The translations under genes and the position numbers were made by a program. Shown piece by piece: positions 39,440 through 52,259 of a stretch of DNA of 64,000 bases (the stretch's first letter is position 1; each line of letters starts with the position of its first letter). This DNA is from Eledone cirrhosa (lineage: Eukaryota): contig OZ024740.1 in the NCBI GenBank assembly GCA_964016885.1, positions 71,176,001 through 71,240,000 on the forward strand, read 5' to 3'. The notes beneath the pieces were generated by a model. The model was given only the letters and a program-made list of their open reading frames with translations. It had not been told where the DNA came from and searched no databases.

Positions 39440-39654
39440 AAAATCTATTTAATGAATTAAATCAGTTTGATGTATTTCCTGAAGAAGACAGCCAAGATAT
39501 AAATGTCCGTCACAATTTGGTGTCTGTTGTCAACAGCCGCCACCGCAGAGCTTCCAGTGATTCAAGACTTATCCAACAAGATATAACAACATCGAAAAAT
39601 TCACTAATCTTAGACAACATTAAACCTAAACTTACACGTAATTCAGATATACCA
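39440..39654 (+). CDS. Gene 2 exon with a furin-type site: (E)NLFNELNQFDVFPEEDSQDINVRHNLVSVVNSRHRR|ASSDSRLIQQ...RNSDIP
   Basis: tctttttttctag acceptor, gtaagt donor, 215 nt open in phase 1 to phase 0, consistent with both neighbours. Confidence 0.8.
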
Positions 39655-42164
39655 GTAAGTTGCTTTTGTTTATTTTTTTTTTTGTTTTAATTTCTGTTTG
39701 TTTGTTTTTTTAATATATATCATCATCATCATTGTGTCAACATTTCCATGCTGGCATGGTTTGGACAGCACTTTTTCAGGTAATGTTTTAGAGCCAGATG
39801 TCCTTCCTGATACCAACACTTTTAGTGGCTTCTTTCAACATGCAGAGAGAGGAGGTACCTATTCTAACTTGGATGTATGGCCTTCTTTCATTTCCAACAA
39901 TGAGTGCTCCAGTTGATTCAATCAACAGAACTGTCTGTTCGTGAAATTAAGTGTCTGAGCATTCCACAGACATAATACTCTTAATGTAGTTCTCAGAGAT
40001 TTAGTGTGACACAGTGTGTAACAAGGCTGGCCCCTTGAATTACAGGAACAACTCATTTTTGTCAGCTGAGTGGACTGGAGCAACGTGAAACAAAATGCCT
40101 TGCTCAAGGTAACAACACACTGCCTAGTCTGAGAATCAAAATCATGACCTTACTATCATGAGGCAAACACCCAAACCACTCCATATTTAATTATGGTCGG
40201 TATGTGTATGTTTATATATATTACTTTTATTTTCATTCAGCATCATGTCATTCTTCGTTAATAAAATAAAATACCTCTAAAATGAAAGCAAAAAAAAAAA
40301 AACACACTAAACCATTTATATATTTCATTATTTTTTGGGATTGGCAGTATCGGTAGAGGATTGGACGCCATGCTTTCTAGCATAGTTACGTCCCTTTACG
40401 ATCTGAGTTCAAATCCAGCCGAGGTTGACTTTGCCTTTCATCCTTACGGGGTCGATAAAATAAAGTACCAGTAATGCACTGGGTAATTGCTGGCCTTGTG
40501 CCTAAAAGTAGAAACAATTATTTTTTCTGTTGCCAGTCTTTGGACTGCATCCATGCTTGGGCATCTCCCTTTCCCCAAGTACATTTTCTGGTACAGAATT
40601 TATCAATGTCACAAGGGACAATTAACTAAATCTACTTTGATGTAAAAGTATGTAATTCAGTCTAAATATCACTAAGTATTTTTGCTTGGTGAATACTTAC
40701 CAATACACACACACACGTATGATAGACTTTTGCACATTGGTCATTTTAAGACTATGTTCAAGTAGACAGACCAATTTGTAGATTATAATAAATTTTTAGT
40801 AGATAGTTTAATAGTTTGCATGCAGAGACCCATAACTCTTGAGGGAGTGTAGGTGCGCTGAATTGACATACAGTGTTTCTAAGACATTTTTAAACCTGGC
40901 AGAGCCCATCTTCTCTTCAGGTCTGAATACAGCAGATTTATTCTAGAAAGTGAGAGAGAGGAAAAAGCGATCCCAGTACTAGACTGGTACTTTTTTTTAT
41001 CAACCTCGAAAAGATGAGAGGTAAAGTTAACCTCAGCAGAAAGCGAAAATGAATGCTGCAAAGCATTCTATATGACATTCTAATATGACTCAGCCAATTC
41101 GCTGCCTTATTAATAGATTACTACTGAGCTAATAATGTTTTATTTCAATGTGGTTAGTTAAAGAGGATACTTAAGGCTTTAGTAATAATTGTTTCTATCA
41201 CAGGCATGAACTCAGCAATTTTGATGGGAAGGGAAAGTCAATTAAATCAGCGCCAGTACTTTACTGGTTCTTTATTTCATCGACCCCAGAAGGATAAGAC
41301 AAAGTTGACAGCAATGGGATTTGGACTGAGTATGCAAAGGACTGTAACTAAATGCTACAAAGCATTTTGTCCAATGTTCTAACATCTCTGCCAATCCACC
41401 AGTTAAGCTCTTAGTAATAATGAGTTTATAAACAGTGTCTCTGCAAATAGTTGAAGAGGGTTCTTAGTTGCTTATGAAGCCCCAACACAAAATTAAAACT
41501 AGTCCAACTGAGTCTTTTTCTGTTTCCAAAAATATTTGTATACAAAGACAGGGTGTGTACATCTATCTATTACATATCTATTACATCTATAGATATATTC
41601 TAGAGTACAGTATATCAATACATATCTACCCTACTAGCAGGGAAAATGGAAGCTCAACAACAATAATAATAATGATGATGATGAACTAATAATGTCTAGG
41701 ATTTGGTGCCATAAAACAACTCAGGTGATATTCTTCCTTTTATCTGCCAGAATGTGAATGTTACCTACCAGCCAGGTTGGCAGAGATTTATGGTGACAAG
41801 TTCTATTAAGGTTTACCATCACATCCACAGCTGTTACAATATCAAATAACAAAAACTGATAAAGAAACAGGACAATTAGTTATTGTCTGAGAGGAGGAGC
41901 AGGTCTATACATACAACTTTGGTTTACTACTACTACCACCACCATTATTATAACAGATTGTTAGAGTAGAAGGAAAATGCCTTACTATATTTTTTTTGGT
42001 TTTCTGCATTCTATGTTGAAATCCCAATAAAATAAAGTCCCAGTATCGGATGGTGGATTGGTGAAATTGTTAGAATATCAGGAAAGATGTTTTTTGGTAT
42101 TTGCTCCAGTTTGTATTCTGAATAGAGTAATTCATCACCTAGTTTAACACTTTGGCAGAGTTCA

Positions 42165-42620
42165 AACATTTGGACCAGGTCTCTAGTTTGAATGCACCCT
42201 CCTCCTTTCTTTCCTGGAAGCCCTGAAAAAATGGGTTACCAGTATTGGACCAGGCCTCTAGTTTGAGGTTATATTCCTCCCTTCTTCCCTGGAGGCCCTG
42301 AAAGAAAGGGTTATCGGCATTGAACCAAACCTCTAATTTCAGGGTTTGTTTCTTCCCTGGGGGCCCTGTAAGAAAGGGTTATCGGCATTGGATCAAGTCT
42401 CTAGTTTCAGGGTACATTCCTCTTTTCTTCCCTGGAGGGTTTGAAAAACAGGGTTATTGGCATTGGGCTAAGTCTCTAATTTCAGGGTATATTTCTTCCT
42501 TCTCTAGAGGTTCTGAAAAAAATGGTTATTGGCATTAGATCAGGTTTCTAGTTTCAGAGTATGTTACTTCCTTCCCATAGGTCTTGGATGCCATGAAAAA
42601 ATAAAGGGTTATGAGCTAAA
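42165..42620. repeat. Degenerate ~70-80 bp tandem repeat (about 6 units)
   Basis: Recurring ttggaccaggtctctagttt...ttccctggaggccctgaaaa..gggttat; single related units at ~28405-28475 and ~59630-59700. Confidence 0.75.
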
Positions 42621-43359
42621 CAGTAAAAAAAAAATACTACTATTACCATCAATGTTATGATTATTTATTCTAGTCATCACCATGAAGGAAAGCCACTACA
42701 TGGTTTCTCAACCTGCTACAAATAACAAATATTAACCAAACATCCCTCAAAATCATACCCTACCATTTTAAATATGTCTGAGACACTGTGTTGAAGCTTA
42801 AACCATTACATTGTGAAAGTCATTTAAGCGATTAAAAAACAAACAAACAAACAAACTTAAATTAACAACTTTTCATTTATGAAGTGTCAAAACGTTTTGG
42901 CATATTTTTGTGACCTGTTATTTGACAAAATTCTATCGCATCTCCTGTATAACATATATTCATTGTTAAGACATGGCCTAGTCGGTTAGGGTGTTGAGCT
43001 TATAGGCTCATGTGTTTCATTTCTGGACTGAGTAACGTGTTCTTGTGCAAGATACTTTATTTCACATTGCTTTTCATGATAGGATTGGTGCCCCTATCAT
43101 TAAATCACCCACCAAAAATCTCAAATGAGATGCAACTCTCTAGGAGGGGAGCTAAACCAACAAAGGTGTGAGCTGTAAATTTCATTTCATCTTCTAAGTT
43201 AGTTTTTTGTGTGAATAATGTGTGTGTGATCTGTATTTACCACTCTGTTCAAGGGTCTGTCTGCCTCATGTTCCCAGCGGACAACATGGAAAAGATATTG
43301 CTCTAGAGGATGGAGGGAAGACATGCTGGAACAGCCACTCCACCTCGCACTTGAGGCTC

Positions 43360-43510
43360 ACACTTGTGGGTAGCCAAGAACACCACAAACTTATCAGAGA
43401 GCAATTGATACTTTGACAGTTTGCCCTCTTTGACCTGGCAAGCAGCAAAGCCTGGACTGGCAGCCGAATGCACCAGGTTGCCGCTAGAGAAGGTGTCACA
43501 AAATGTAGTA
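43360..43510 (-). mobile_element. Degenerate CRE-like RLE fragment
   Basis: TFCDTFSSGNLVHSAASPGFAACQVKEGKLSKYQLL, resembling the DAT..DT...AG.AA..AE..K..KY segment. Confidence 0.55.
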
Positions 43511-43669
43511 TCCCTAGAAAATAATGAATGTAGTAAATGATAATACAATGTGTGTGTATTTTTGATAACTTGACTGTGATATAATTGTTAATTGATGAAA
43601 ATTTGACTGTTTTTGCTTGTTCTGAACAGATATTGTTAATTAAACTTAAAATTCGGTTTCATTTTGTAG

Positions 43670-44825
43670 GGCCAAACAGAAATTGCAGAAAACAATGCTT
43701 TAGTTTTGAATGATGCTAAAGATACATCTCAAGCCAACTATTTAAAAAGCAATATACAACAGAATTTACAAAGTCCAGTAAAAACTGGTCAGTATGTACC
43801 TGTGGAAAATGAGAAAAATAAAGATCAGAATTTAAATAACTTACAGAAAATACCTGACCAAAATAAGCTAACTGATCTTCAGCAACAGCAGTTAAAAGAC
43901 CCACAAAATTCAGTTGTTCCACAACAAGGAGTACCTAACTCAAACAGTCTAGATCTTAGTTTACAACAGAAACCTCTACAACAGAACTCTGAAGGACTTG
44001 TTCCTCAACAAGATGTTTCTGGTCCTAAAGTTTTGGATCAGAATCTACAACAAAATTTACCAATGCAAAATGAAGTATTAGAACAGAAGAACATAAGACA
44101 GCTGAAACAGAACAATCTGGAATCTGTTCCTCAGCAAGGAGTTCCTGATCAAAACAATGGAGTTGTAGCTCCACAACAAAAACTATTAAATCAGAATGAA
44201 GTAAATATTCTTCAAGAACAAAAAGATTCCCTCCAGAAAAATGTAGCTGTTGTTCCACAACAGGGAAATTCTATTCAGCAGGAAGTAGTGAAGGTGGATG
44301 TTGTGTCTGTTAGTCCACAACAGAAGAGTGTAAATAATGAGGGTGATAAAATTGTTAAGATTCCCATTGAAGCTATGATTGACCAAAAGGCTCCACTAGA
44401 TCAGAACATTATACCAGTTAATAATATTGCTCCCAATTCATCCAACCAACTGAATGTCAGTCTGCCACATATTTTGATTGAAGGTAACAAAGAGGGAGAT
44501 AGCAATAAAGGAAAAAACATTGCTGATCAACCACCTTCAAGTTCCATTCTTCATGATAGTATATTAATTGAGAATTCAAAACAAAGCAAATTAGAAAGAT
44601 TACCACATGATAAACTTGTTGAACCTCAGCAGTTTCCTGACACCGGAAATTCTATCTTAAAGCAGAACATTGGTCAAAATATTCCAGTCCAAATTGATTC
44701 TGATAGTATTCAGCTGGTTTCTGTATCAAAAATCCTTTCCAAATCTTATCTTTTTACTAGACCTGTTTCACATTTAGGTCATTATCAGCAAAACTCACAA
44801 GAATTTTTGGACCATAAAAAAGCAG
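43670..44825 (+). CDS. Gene 2 large Q/N-rich low-complexity exon (385 codons, repeated V/S-P-Q-Q motifs)
   Basis: ttttgtag acceptor in phase 0, continuous ORF (matches 43706..44917), donor G|gtaaga; 1156 nt with no stop in AT-rich DNA. Confidence 0.9.
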
Positions 44826-46199
44826 GTAAGATCCTCTATTCTTTCTTAATACTTCCTCTTGCTTTCTTGTCTTCTGATCAGATATCAATCTCATATAATG
44901 GGGTTGTCTTTCCATAACTTTTGTTCAACCAACTCCAATCTTTTATGATGGTGATTCATGTCAAGTTAATATCCTACTTATGGTGTATCATGCTTTTTGA
45001 GATCAATTATAACTTGGATCAAGTTTGATTTTTATTTCTAGCTGGCCTTCTATAAGGTTGTATCTCATAGGAGGATTCTTGGCTGTTTTAATGACAGGGT
45101 TCCAACGGCCTCCAAGAAATAAAGGAAGGGAGTAAGTTATCCTCAAACAAGGGAACAACAGAATGAACTCCTTTAAAGACATCTACAGACATGGAATCAG
45201 TATTAAACATGGCAACAGATTTGGTTTATCACTCAAGAACAGAAGTGATTCATCATCATTCATCCTTACGGGGTCGATAAAATAAAGTACCAGTAATGTA
45301 CTGGGTAATTGATGGCTTTGTGCCAAAAGTAGAAACAATTATTTAATTTAACTTCTTTTTTCCACACTTGCAGGTGCTAGACAGGTCATCACACTATGAG
45401 ACAAGTCAGGTCAGGGGACTATGTCTTACTTATACAGAACTGCTTCTGGCTGGATACCCTATCTAACGCCAACCACATTACAGCATGGACTGGGTGTTTT
45501 TTATTGTGGCACCAAAACGACCATCTGACAGGGAGGCCTGGGTGCTTTTTCATTGTGGTACTAGCACAACAATCTACTGAGTGAACTGAATGCATTTTGT
45601 TGTGTCTCCAGCACCTTAGAGGATGGACTTGGCTCTTTTTGTCATGTCATCGGCTTAACCACTTTATAGAGTAGAAGGGGTGCTTTTTGTCATGGTGGCA
45701 GGACTGTGAAAGAGCTGGTTTGGAGTAAGTCCAACTTTTCATGCTTCTATGCATGGGTTGGATGTGAGGTGTATCAGGGTGTGCGGAAGGCAGGAGTTAG
45801 GAGGAGGGTGGTAAAATGAATATGCAGGCTAGGGATGGATGAATGTTAAGATGCGGGGAAAGTGTATAGGCAAATGAGGGAGACGATTGGTACAGACTAT
45901 TGTTCTCTAGATGCTTGCTTCATCCTGTGCATGTGAGTAAGATGTGATCACCTGATCTGTCTGACTTCGTAATTTGACAGCATGTCTAATTCATGCAAGC
46001 ATGGAAATGAGACATTAAATAGTGTTGATGGTGATGAATAAAATACATGTGTGTGTAACTAATACCATCAATTTCCTTAACCTGAACTAACCTAACCCAG
46101 CTGAGACCCTGCAATCACCAGTTAATTCAAAAGCTTTAACCACTTAATGAATCAACAAACCTGAGAAGGAAAGCTGCATAGCTATAAGTCTAGCCAATA

Positions 46200-46700
46200 A
46201 ATATCCAAGTAAATACGACTGTAAACCATACAAAACAAAACAAAATTAACAACGGATAGAAATATGTATATATTGGAGTCAACTCTAAAAAACTATATGC
46301 TACATGGAAGTATACCATACAAAATATGATCTTTCAAAATACAACCACCTATCTGACGAGTGACGTGATAAACAAGAAACTATTAAGCTATTCATTGCCT
46401 CTGAAATGCAGCATAATAGGAAATAAAATGGAGTTGAAAAAATAAAAGCTTCTTCCCTTGTTATAAACATAAAATTATTGTGGAAACAAGTTTGTTTGAT
46501 ACAGGTGATACTATTGGTGTTGTTGTAGTTTAGATCCCAGATCATCTTTGATGAAATAAACTTGTGATCCAAGAATGGCAGTGGTATTAATTGTTTAAGT
46601 GACATTTAAGGTTAGAAATTGTTATGCTTTGGGTGGTCATGCTGCCAATGAAAACACACTCACCAGTTGAGTTCCACGTCCGTTTTATTATTAGTCAGGT
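46200..46700 (+). mobile_element. Highly decayed Penelope-like 3' remnant; related pieces at ~20590-21110 and ~47330-47430
   Basis: Shared motif ctttggg(a)tggtcat....caat.aaaac between the three loci; weak GIY-YIG-tail-like translation. Confidence 0.35.
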
Positions 46701-47148
46701 AACTAATCAAATCAAAATAAAAATGGGCTGAGAGGATCACAGAATGTGTATCAAAAGAGCTTTGACAATTAAATGACTGTCCAGTTATTAAACCGACATC
46801 TATCTATATACTACTAAAACTTTGTGTGCTTTTCTGTAATTTAATACAGCCAAAACAGCACATAATGGGGAAAATACTTTGAAAGGAAGTTGCCCCAGAA
46901 ATGGGAATGCAAATGAAATAAAACAAGTTTCACGTAAATCAGAGCACAGGTTCCCGATATATGAGGTTTTTATGAGTACCTTCATAAATAGCTAGAGAGA
47001 AAGAGATAGTGGTTGTAAGAGAGTAGATTGACAAAAAGACATAGAGAGAGAGAAGACAGAAGGAAAATGGGAGAGAGAGAGAGAGCTGGTGGTGGTGTTG
47101 TGTGTATATATATGTATACATGTGTGTGTATTTATGACCAGTGTACAG

Positions 47149-47186
<38 letters not shown>

Positions 47187-47538
47187 GGGCCTTCCAATTT
47201 CATTTTACATTATATACATGCCTGTATATTTTAATTATTTAAAAAACATGATTTCAAAAAAAAAATTTAAGTGAATGTGATCAAAGGGTCACAAGTGGTC
47301 TAGAATTTAATAAAATTGTAGTAAAACTCAACTTGTGTGTTTGTTTTTATTGGCTGCATGACCTTCCCAAAGTATAACAGTATCTGTTTCAACACACAAT
47401 TCCACATCAAGAATCTTGCTAAACAACTATAAAAATGAAATGTTTTACCGTATATGTTTGATATTTAATTAACAAGTTTGTTTGAAATAATTCAATTGGT
47501 CATCATGATTCTGTTCAGAGTTAATTTATCTCTTTCAG

Positions 47539-47586
47539 ATGACAGTTGGTACTACAATCAAGAAATAGAAGGAACACTAGGCCATG
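47539..47586 (+). CDS. Gene 2 small exon: (D)DSWYYNQEIEGTLGH
   Basis: tctctttcag acceptor, G|gttagt donor, phase 1 to phase 1, open frame. Confidence 0.72.
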
Positions 47587-47731
47587 GTTAGTACTAAGAT
47601 TTATGTATAAATTTATATATATATATATATGTGTGAATGAAGTAATTCCGTCGGAAAGGTCCAGGAAAAAAGAGTGCTCTATGTAGGTTACAGAGCTTAA
47701 TAGTTATGTAATAAACAACATAAGGCAATTA

Positions 47732-47792
47732 TTTCATTTACCAGTGGTTTCTTGAAAGCAAACAAATTTTGCTTTCAATCATCAGAATGAAA
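47732..47792 (-). ncRNA. Type I hammerhead ribozyme (left arm, minus strand)
   Basis: Mirror image of the + strand motif at 47869-47929. Confidence 0.8.
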
Positions 47793-47868
47793 AAAACCTG
47801 GTGTATTTATTGACATTGGATTTTAAAAAGGTTTTTAAAATCCAATGTCAATAAATACACCAGGTTTT

Positions 47869-47929
47869 TTTCATTCTGATGATTGAAAGCAAAATTTGTT
47901 TGCTTTCAAGAAACCACTGGTAAATGAAA
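47869..47929 (+). ncRNA. Type I hammerhead ribozyme (right arm, plus strand)
   Basis: Stem I UUUCAUU/AAUGAAA; core CUGAUGA 47876-82; stem II UUGAAAGCAAA(AUUUG)UUUGCUUUCAA; GAAA 47910-13; stem III ACC(ACU)GGU; predicted cleavage after GUA at 47922. Confidence 0.8.
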
Positions 47930-47978
47930 TAATTGCCTTATGTTGTTTATTACATAACTAAATAAATATATATATATA

Positions 47979-48018
<40 letters not shown>

Positions 48019-48319
48019 AAGAAGTGTGTAAATTTACAAAATGGAGAAAAAAAGTACAATATATCCAGTTCAGAGTGAGTGTGTGTGTGTGTGTGTGTGA
48101 AGAAGGAATGCAGCAAATGGGTGATGCTGTGATGGAAAAAAACCATCCAACATGTGCAAGCATGGAAAAACAGTTGTTAAATGGATATGATGATAATGGT
48201 GATATATATTATTTGGGGGAGCTGAAGTCTTCCAGGAAGTTATTGCCATGTAATCCTAACTGTTCTACAATTTTTTAATTTTAATTACATAAACATTTAC
48301 CACCAAAATAAAATTGTAT

Positions 48320-48797
48320 ATGTAGGCACCTCTTAATCCCCTATACCCCCTACCTACACCCACGTCCTTACATCACCCTCCCACTTCTGCCCACACCACC
48401 CTTACACTGTAAAGTTATGTTGGTATCACAAAAACATCCAGCCTATACTGTGAAGTAGTTGTGTAGGTGTCACAACAAAATACACCCAGCCCACACTGTA
48501 AAGTGGTCTGTAGGTGTCGCAACAAAAAGCATCCAAACCACACTGTAAAGTGGTCATGTAGGTGTCACAACTAAAAGCAGCCAGTCCACGCTGTAAAGTC
48601 ATAGTGTAGGAGTCATGACAAAAAACACCCAACACACACTGTAAATGTGGTTGGTGTTAAGAAGGGCATCTAGTCGTAGAAATCTAGCCAGAAAGTCCTA
48701 TATGAGCAAAGCACGGTCACCTGACCCACCTTGCCTCTAATGGGACAAACTTGCCTAACTCATGCTAGTGTGGAAAATGGACATTAAATGATGATGA
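48320..48797 (+). mobile_element. RTE 3' UTR with several ~48-bp subrepeats and (GAT)n tail
   Basis: cacccagcccacactgtaaagtgg repeats, ggttggtgttaagaagggcatc, then the tail. Related pieces at 49640-50085, 24940-25180, 58960-59280, 60560-60750, and on the minus strand at 6030-6200, 21120-21360 and 45360-45800. Confidence 0.8.
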
Positions 48798-48799
48798 TA

Positions 48800-48817
48800 G
48801 ATATATATGTATGTATG

Positions 48818-48862
<45 letters not shown>

Positions 48863-48889
48863 ATATATATGTATGTATGTATATATATA

Positions 48890-48920
<31 letters not shown>

Positions 48921-49061
48921 ATGTATATATATATGTATGTGTGTGTGTATGTATGTATATATATGTATATATATATGTATGTGTGTATGTATGTATGTAT
49001 GAATGTATGTATATATATCTATATGTATGTATGTATATATATGTATGTATGAATGTATGTG

Positions 49062-49092
<31 letters not shown>

Positions 49093-49165
49093 CTATATGT
49101 ATGTATGTATATATATGTATGTATGTATGTATATGTATGTATGTATATATATATGTATGTATGTA
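48800..49165. repeat. (TATG)/(TA)/(TG) compound microsatellite
   Basis: Directly visible. Confidence 0.97.
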
Positions 49166-49249
49166 AAAGGTAAACAGAAATAACAATACAATTGGTACAG
49201 TATATGGAAGGAATATATTAGGTTAATGCTTGAAATAGCAGGAAGAGGG

Positions 49250-49285
49250 TCTTAACGTTTCGGACACTAGTCCTTCATCAGAAGA
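49250..49285 (-). ncRNA. Minimal (dimer-type) hammerhead ribozyme
   Basis: Minus strand UCUU-CUGAUGA-A-GGAC(UAGU)GUCC-GAAA-C-GUU|AAGA; self-complementary AACGUU in place of a stem III loop. Confidence 0.7.
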
Positions 49286-50115
49286 AAGAATGAGAAATAA
49301 GATAGATTGAAGGGACGGGCAGGGTGGAAATGGAAAAAAATGTCTTGAGATAAAAAATAACAACTCCATTCATGTTGATATCTCTTGGAAAACTGTTGAT
49401 GCTAGCGTTTTGTGTATGATTTATTTTTTTAGAAAAGTGGATGATGGAGCGCGTCTACCTGAAATGCAAAAAAAAATGTTTTGTAAAAAGAGTTATACTT
49501 GTGCACATGCGTAAGCATGTGTGCGTGTGTTATTATACGTCCGTACAAAGCTAAGAAATGTGTGTGTATATGTAAGTAAAGGAGTGTGTATCATATATAT
49601 ATATATCATATATAAAAAAGTGCAGGGCGATTAAAATTCATGGAAGCTATGGAGTAGAAAAACCCAGAAAGTCCTGAGACAAGGTGATAAAAGCTGACCT
49701 TGCTCACTAGCACCTCAAAGACAATGACACAGGATCAAGATCTTTGGCGCTGTGCAGTAATACAGAAGACCTGCCTTCCCTTGTGCATGGGCTTAAACAT
49801 ACACTCAGTAGGCACCTCTTAATCCAATATACACCCCTATACCCCCTACACCATCCGCCCACTTCTGTCCACACCACACTTACTCTGTAAAGTTATGGTG
49901 GTATCACAAAACTTCCAACCCACACTAAATGTGGTTGGCATTAGGAAGGGCATCCAGCCTTAGAAAACCAGCCAGAAACAGTCCTATATGAGCGAGACAT
50001 TGTCACCCGACCCAACTTGTTTCTAATGGGACAAACCTGTCTCCCCCATGCTAGTGTGGAAAATAGACGTTAAACGATGACGATATATGTGTGTGTGTGT
50101 GTATATATATATATA

Positions 50116-51330
50116 TAGTGTCCCCCAAAAATGTTTACATAATTTAAATAATGCATATAAAACAATTTATTTTGATGCATTTTTTAAAGATTCTGTTATC
50201 ACCTGTTTTCAAATTGATATCCTTTCTGGTCCAGACATTGTTGACAGCGGGAAGCAATGGAATTACTAGCAGCAAGAGACATTTCATTAGATGTTTGAGT
50301 GCATTCTTGTTCAATGGCAACTCTTAGTTCAGCGATTGTTGCTGGTTTTGTAGCATACACTTTATCTTTTAAGTATTGCCATGAGAAAAAGTCTAAGGTG
50401 GAAAGGTCTGGTGAATCAGGGCAGTATTCTACAAAACCTCTTCTTCCAATCCATCTATTTGGCAAGATCTCATTAATGTAGGATTATACATCATGATGGT
50501 TGTGTGGTGGCACTCCATCTTGCTGAAAATAAAATTCCTCATCTTCAAAGACATTTCTAATGCTTGGCATGACAGACTTGGAACATGTTCAAGTAAACGA
50601 GACCAGTCACAGGAGCATAAAAAAAGAATGGTCCAATTAATCCTCTTGATGTAATGCCACACCACACTGTAATTCCTGGTAAATTAACTTCATGTTCCAC
50701 TGTTACATGTGGATTTTCAGGCGCCCCAGTATGTGTATTTGTGATGGTTAATTGAACCATTTAATTTAAATGTAACCTCATTATGCCACACAACTTTTGT
50801 CAGAAAGCATGCATTGTCTAAGCATTTTGCCAAGTTCCATTCACAATACTCTATTCTTCTGTCTGGATCATCTTCATTGATAGCATGGACTAATGTAGGG
50901 ATATAACTTTTCCAATTGCAGTGCTTTAAAATGCAATGGACAGATGTTTTTTAAATCCCTATGTCACAGCTTGCTTGCTGCAAAGATTTTCTTGGACTTC
51001 TGTGAAAACTTTCCAGTACCCTTTCTTGTTTTCTGGGGCTTGTTGATGTCCGTGGTTTTCCAGAATGGTTCGCGTGTATATCATGTGCAATTCCATCAGA
51101 TTCAAACTTATTAATGATTCGAGAGATGGTTAGTCATGTAGGTGGGTCTGACTAGAACTCTCTTCTATACTGTCTTTGGATTTCAACTATGTTTTCATAC
51201 TTCCAGTAACATTTTAGGATGAATTTCCTTTGTTCGTTGATAAGTCTTGAAGCCATTATCAATTCTGATGGGTAAAAGGATTTGAGTTATCTGCTGTTGA
51301 AGTGTGTATACATTTTTAGGGGACACCCTG
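50116..51330 (-). mobile_element. Full-length decayed Tc1/mariner transposon
   Basis: TIRs tagtgtcccccaaaaatgtttaca / tgtatacatttttaggggacaccctg within (TA)n. Transposase starts at ATG 51256 (MASRL...ILKCYWKYEN) and includes [21 protein letters not shown] and WIGRRG..SPDLSTLDFFSW.YLK, with frameshifts. Confidence 0.92.
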
Positions 51331-51339
51331 TATATATAT

Positions 51340-51692
51340 ATCTAGCAGGAATTGAGGTGCAATGCATGTGGACAATTTCTTCTACCAAAAGCTGGATTAG
51401 TCAACCATGAGCCAGCAAGAAATTATGGCACTTGTGAGATGGTTCTACTGCTACATCCTCCGTGGTACATTTGCATTGAGTGTGGCTAAATTTGCAAGTC
51501 AGCTGGTGTACTGACCAGACATGCATAAATGCACACCCCAATCGGTATTGTCAGGAGACTGACAGTTCAAGTGTCCCATCTGTGAATGTGCTTGCAAAAT
51601 AAAAGCTGGTCTGAAAAGTCTCCTGTGTGCACATGATTGTGCAATGTTCAATGAAGGGATCGTACTCTTCTGGCATGAAGTAGCAATCATCA
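51340..51692 (+). mobile_element. RTE-type LINE 3' end with C2H2 zinc-finger remnants
   Basis: RCNACGQFLLPKAGLVNH and FKCPICECACKIKAGLKSLLCAH followed by a short UTR. Confidence 0.55.
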
Positions 51693-52259
51693 TATATATA
51701 TATATGTATGTGTGTGTGTGTGTATATATATATAAAAGAGAGGCCTTAGTTACACAAGTGGGAACATAAAGCTCAAATACTTCAGTATCTTGTTGAAGTT
51801 TTCAGCCTCAAAATTATGAAATATATTATATATATAACTATATATACCTTTAATAGTTTTTGACAGTAAACTATGGAGGATACAATGAATGTAGACTTGA
51901 TTGTGGTTAAGTTCACTTCCTAACTACATGGTTTTGAGTTTAATTTCATTGTGCAGTCCCTTGAGCAAGTAGTTTCTACCTGGACCTTGGGTCAATCAAA
52001 GCCTTGTGAGCAAAATTTGTTCAACTGAAACTATATGGAAGCTCATTGGAGGGTCCCTTTCTGTTTTCGGTTGGTGGTCTTAGTCTGTTGCCCAGCTTAA
52101 CACACCTTCTGACCCTTGAATGCTTTTAACAGAATAAATTTATTAAACAACATAGTTGTCACTTTATAATTTGTAAATATAATTTATATAAGGAATGAGA
52201 CATTGTAGATATATGCAGTACAAAAAAAGGTGGTGGGGGGAATAATAAAAGTAAAAAGG

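Larger units (their letters stand above)
47701..47960. repeat. Perfect palindrome: 129-bp arms with a 2-nt spacer (GG)
   Basis: 47701-47829 is the exact reverse complement of 47832-47960, checked by eye. Confidence 0.97.

Noticed and set aside
44826-44917. Hydrophobic tail of the 403-aa ORF as a TM anchor
   Set aside because: Lies after a consensus donor (G|gtaag) with a phase-matched downstream exon; most likely intron read-through.
46353-46390. CTGACGA...GAAA motif (and a similar one at ~52990-53015, minus strand)
   Set aside because: No stem II or stem I pairing could be built; treated as chance matches.
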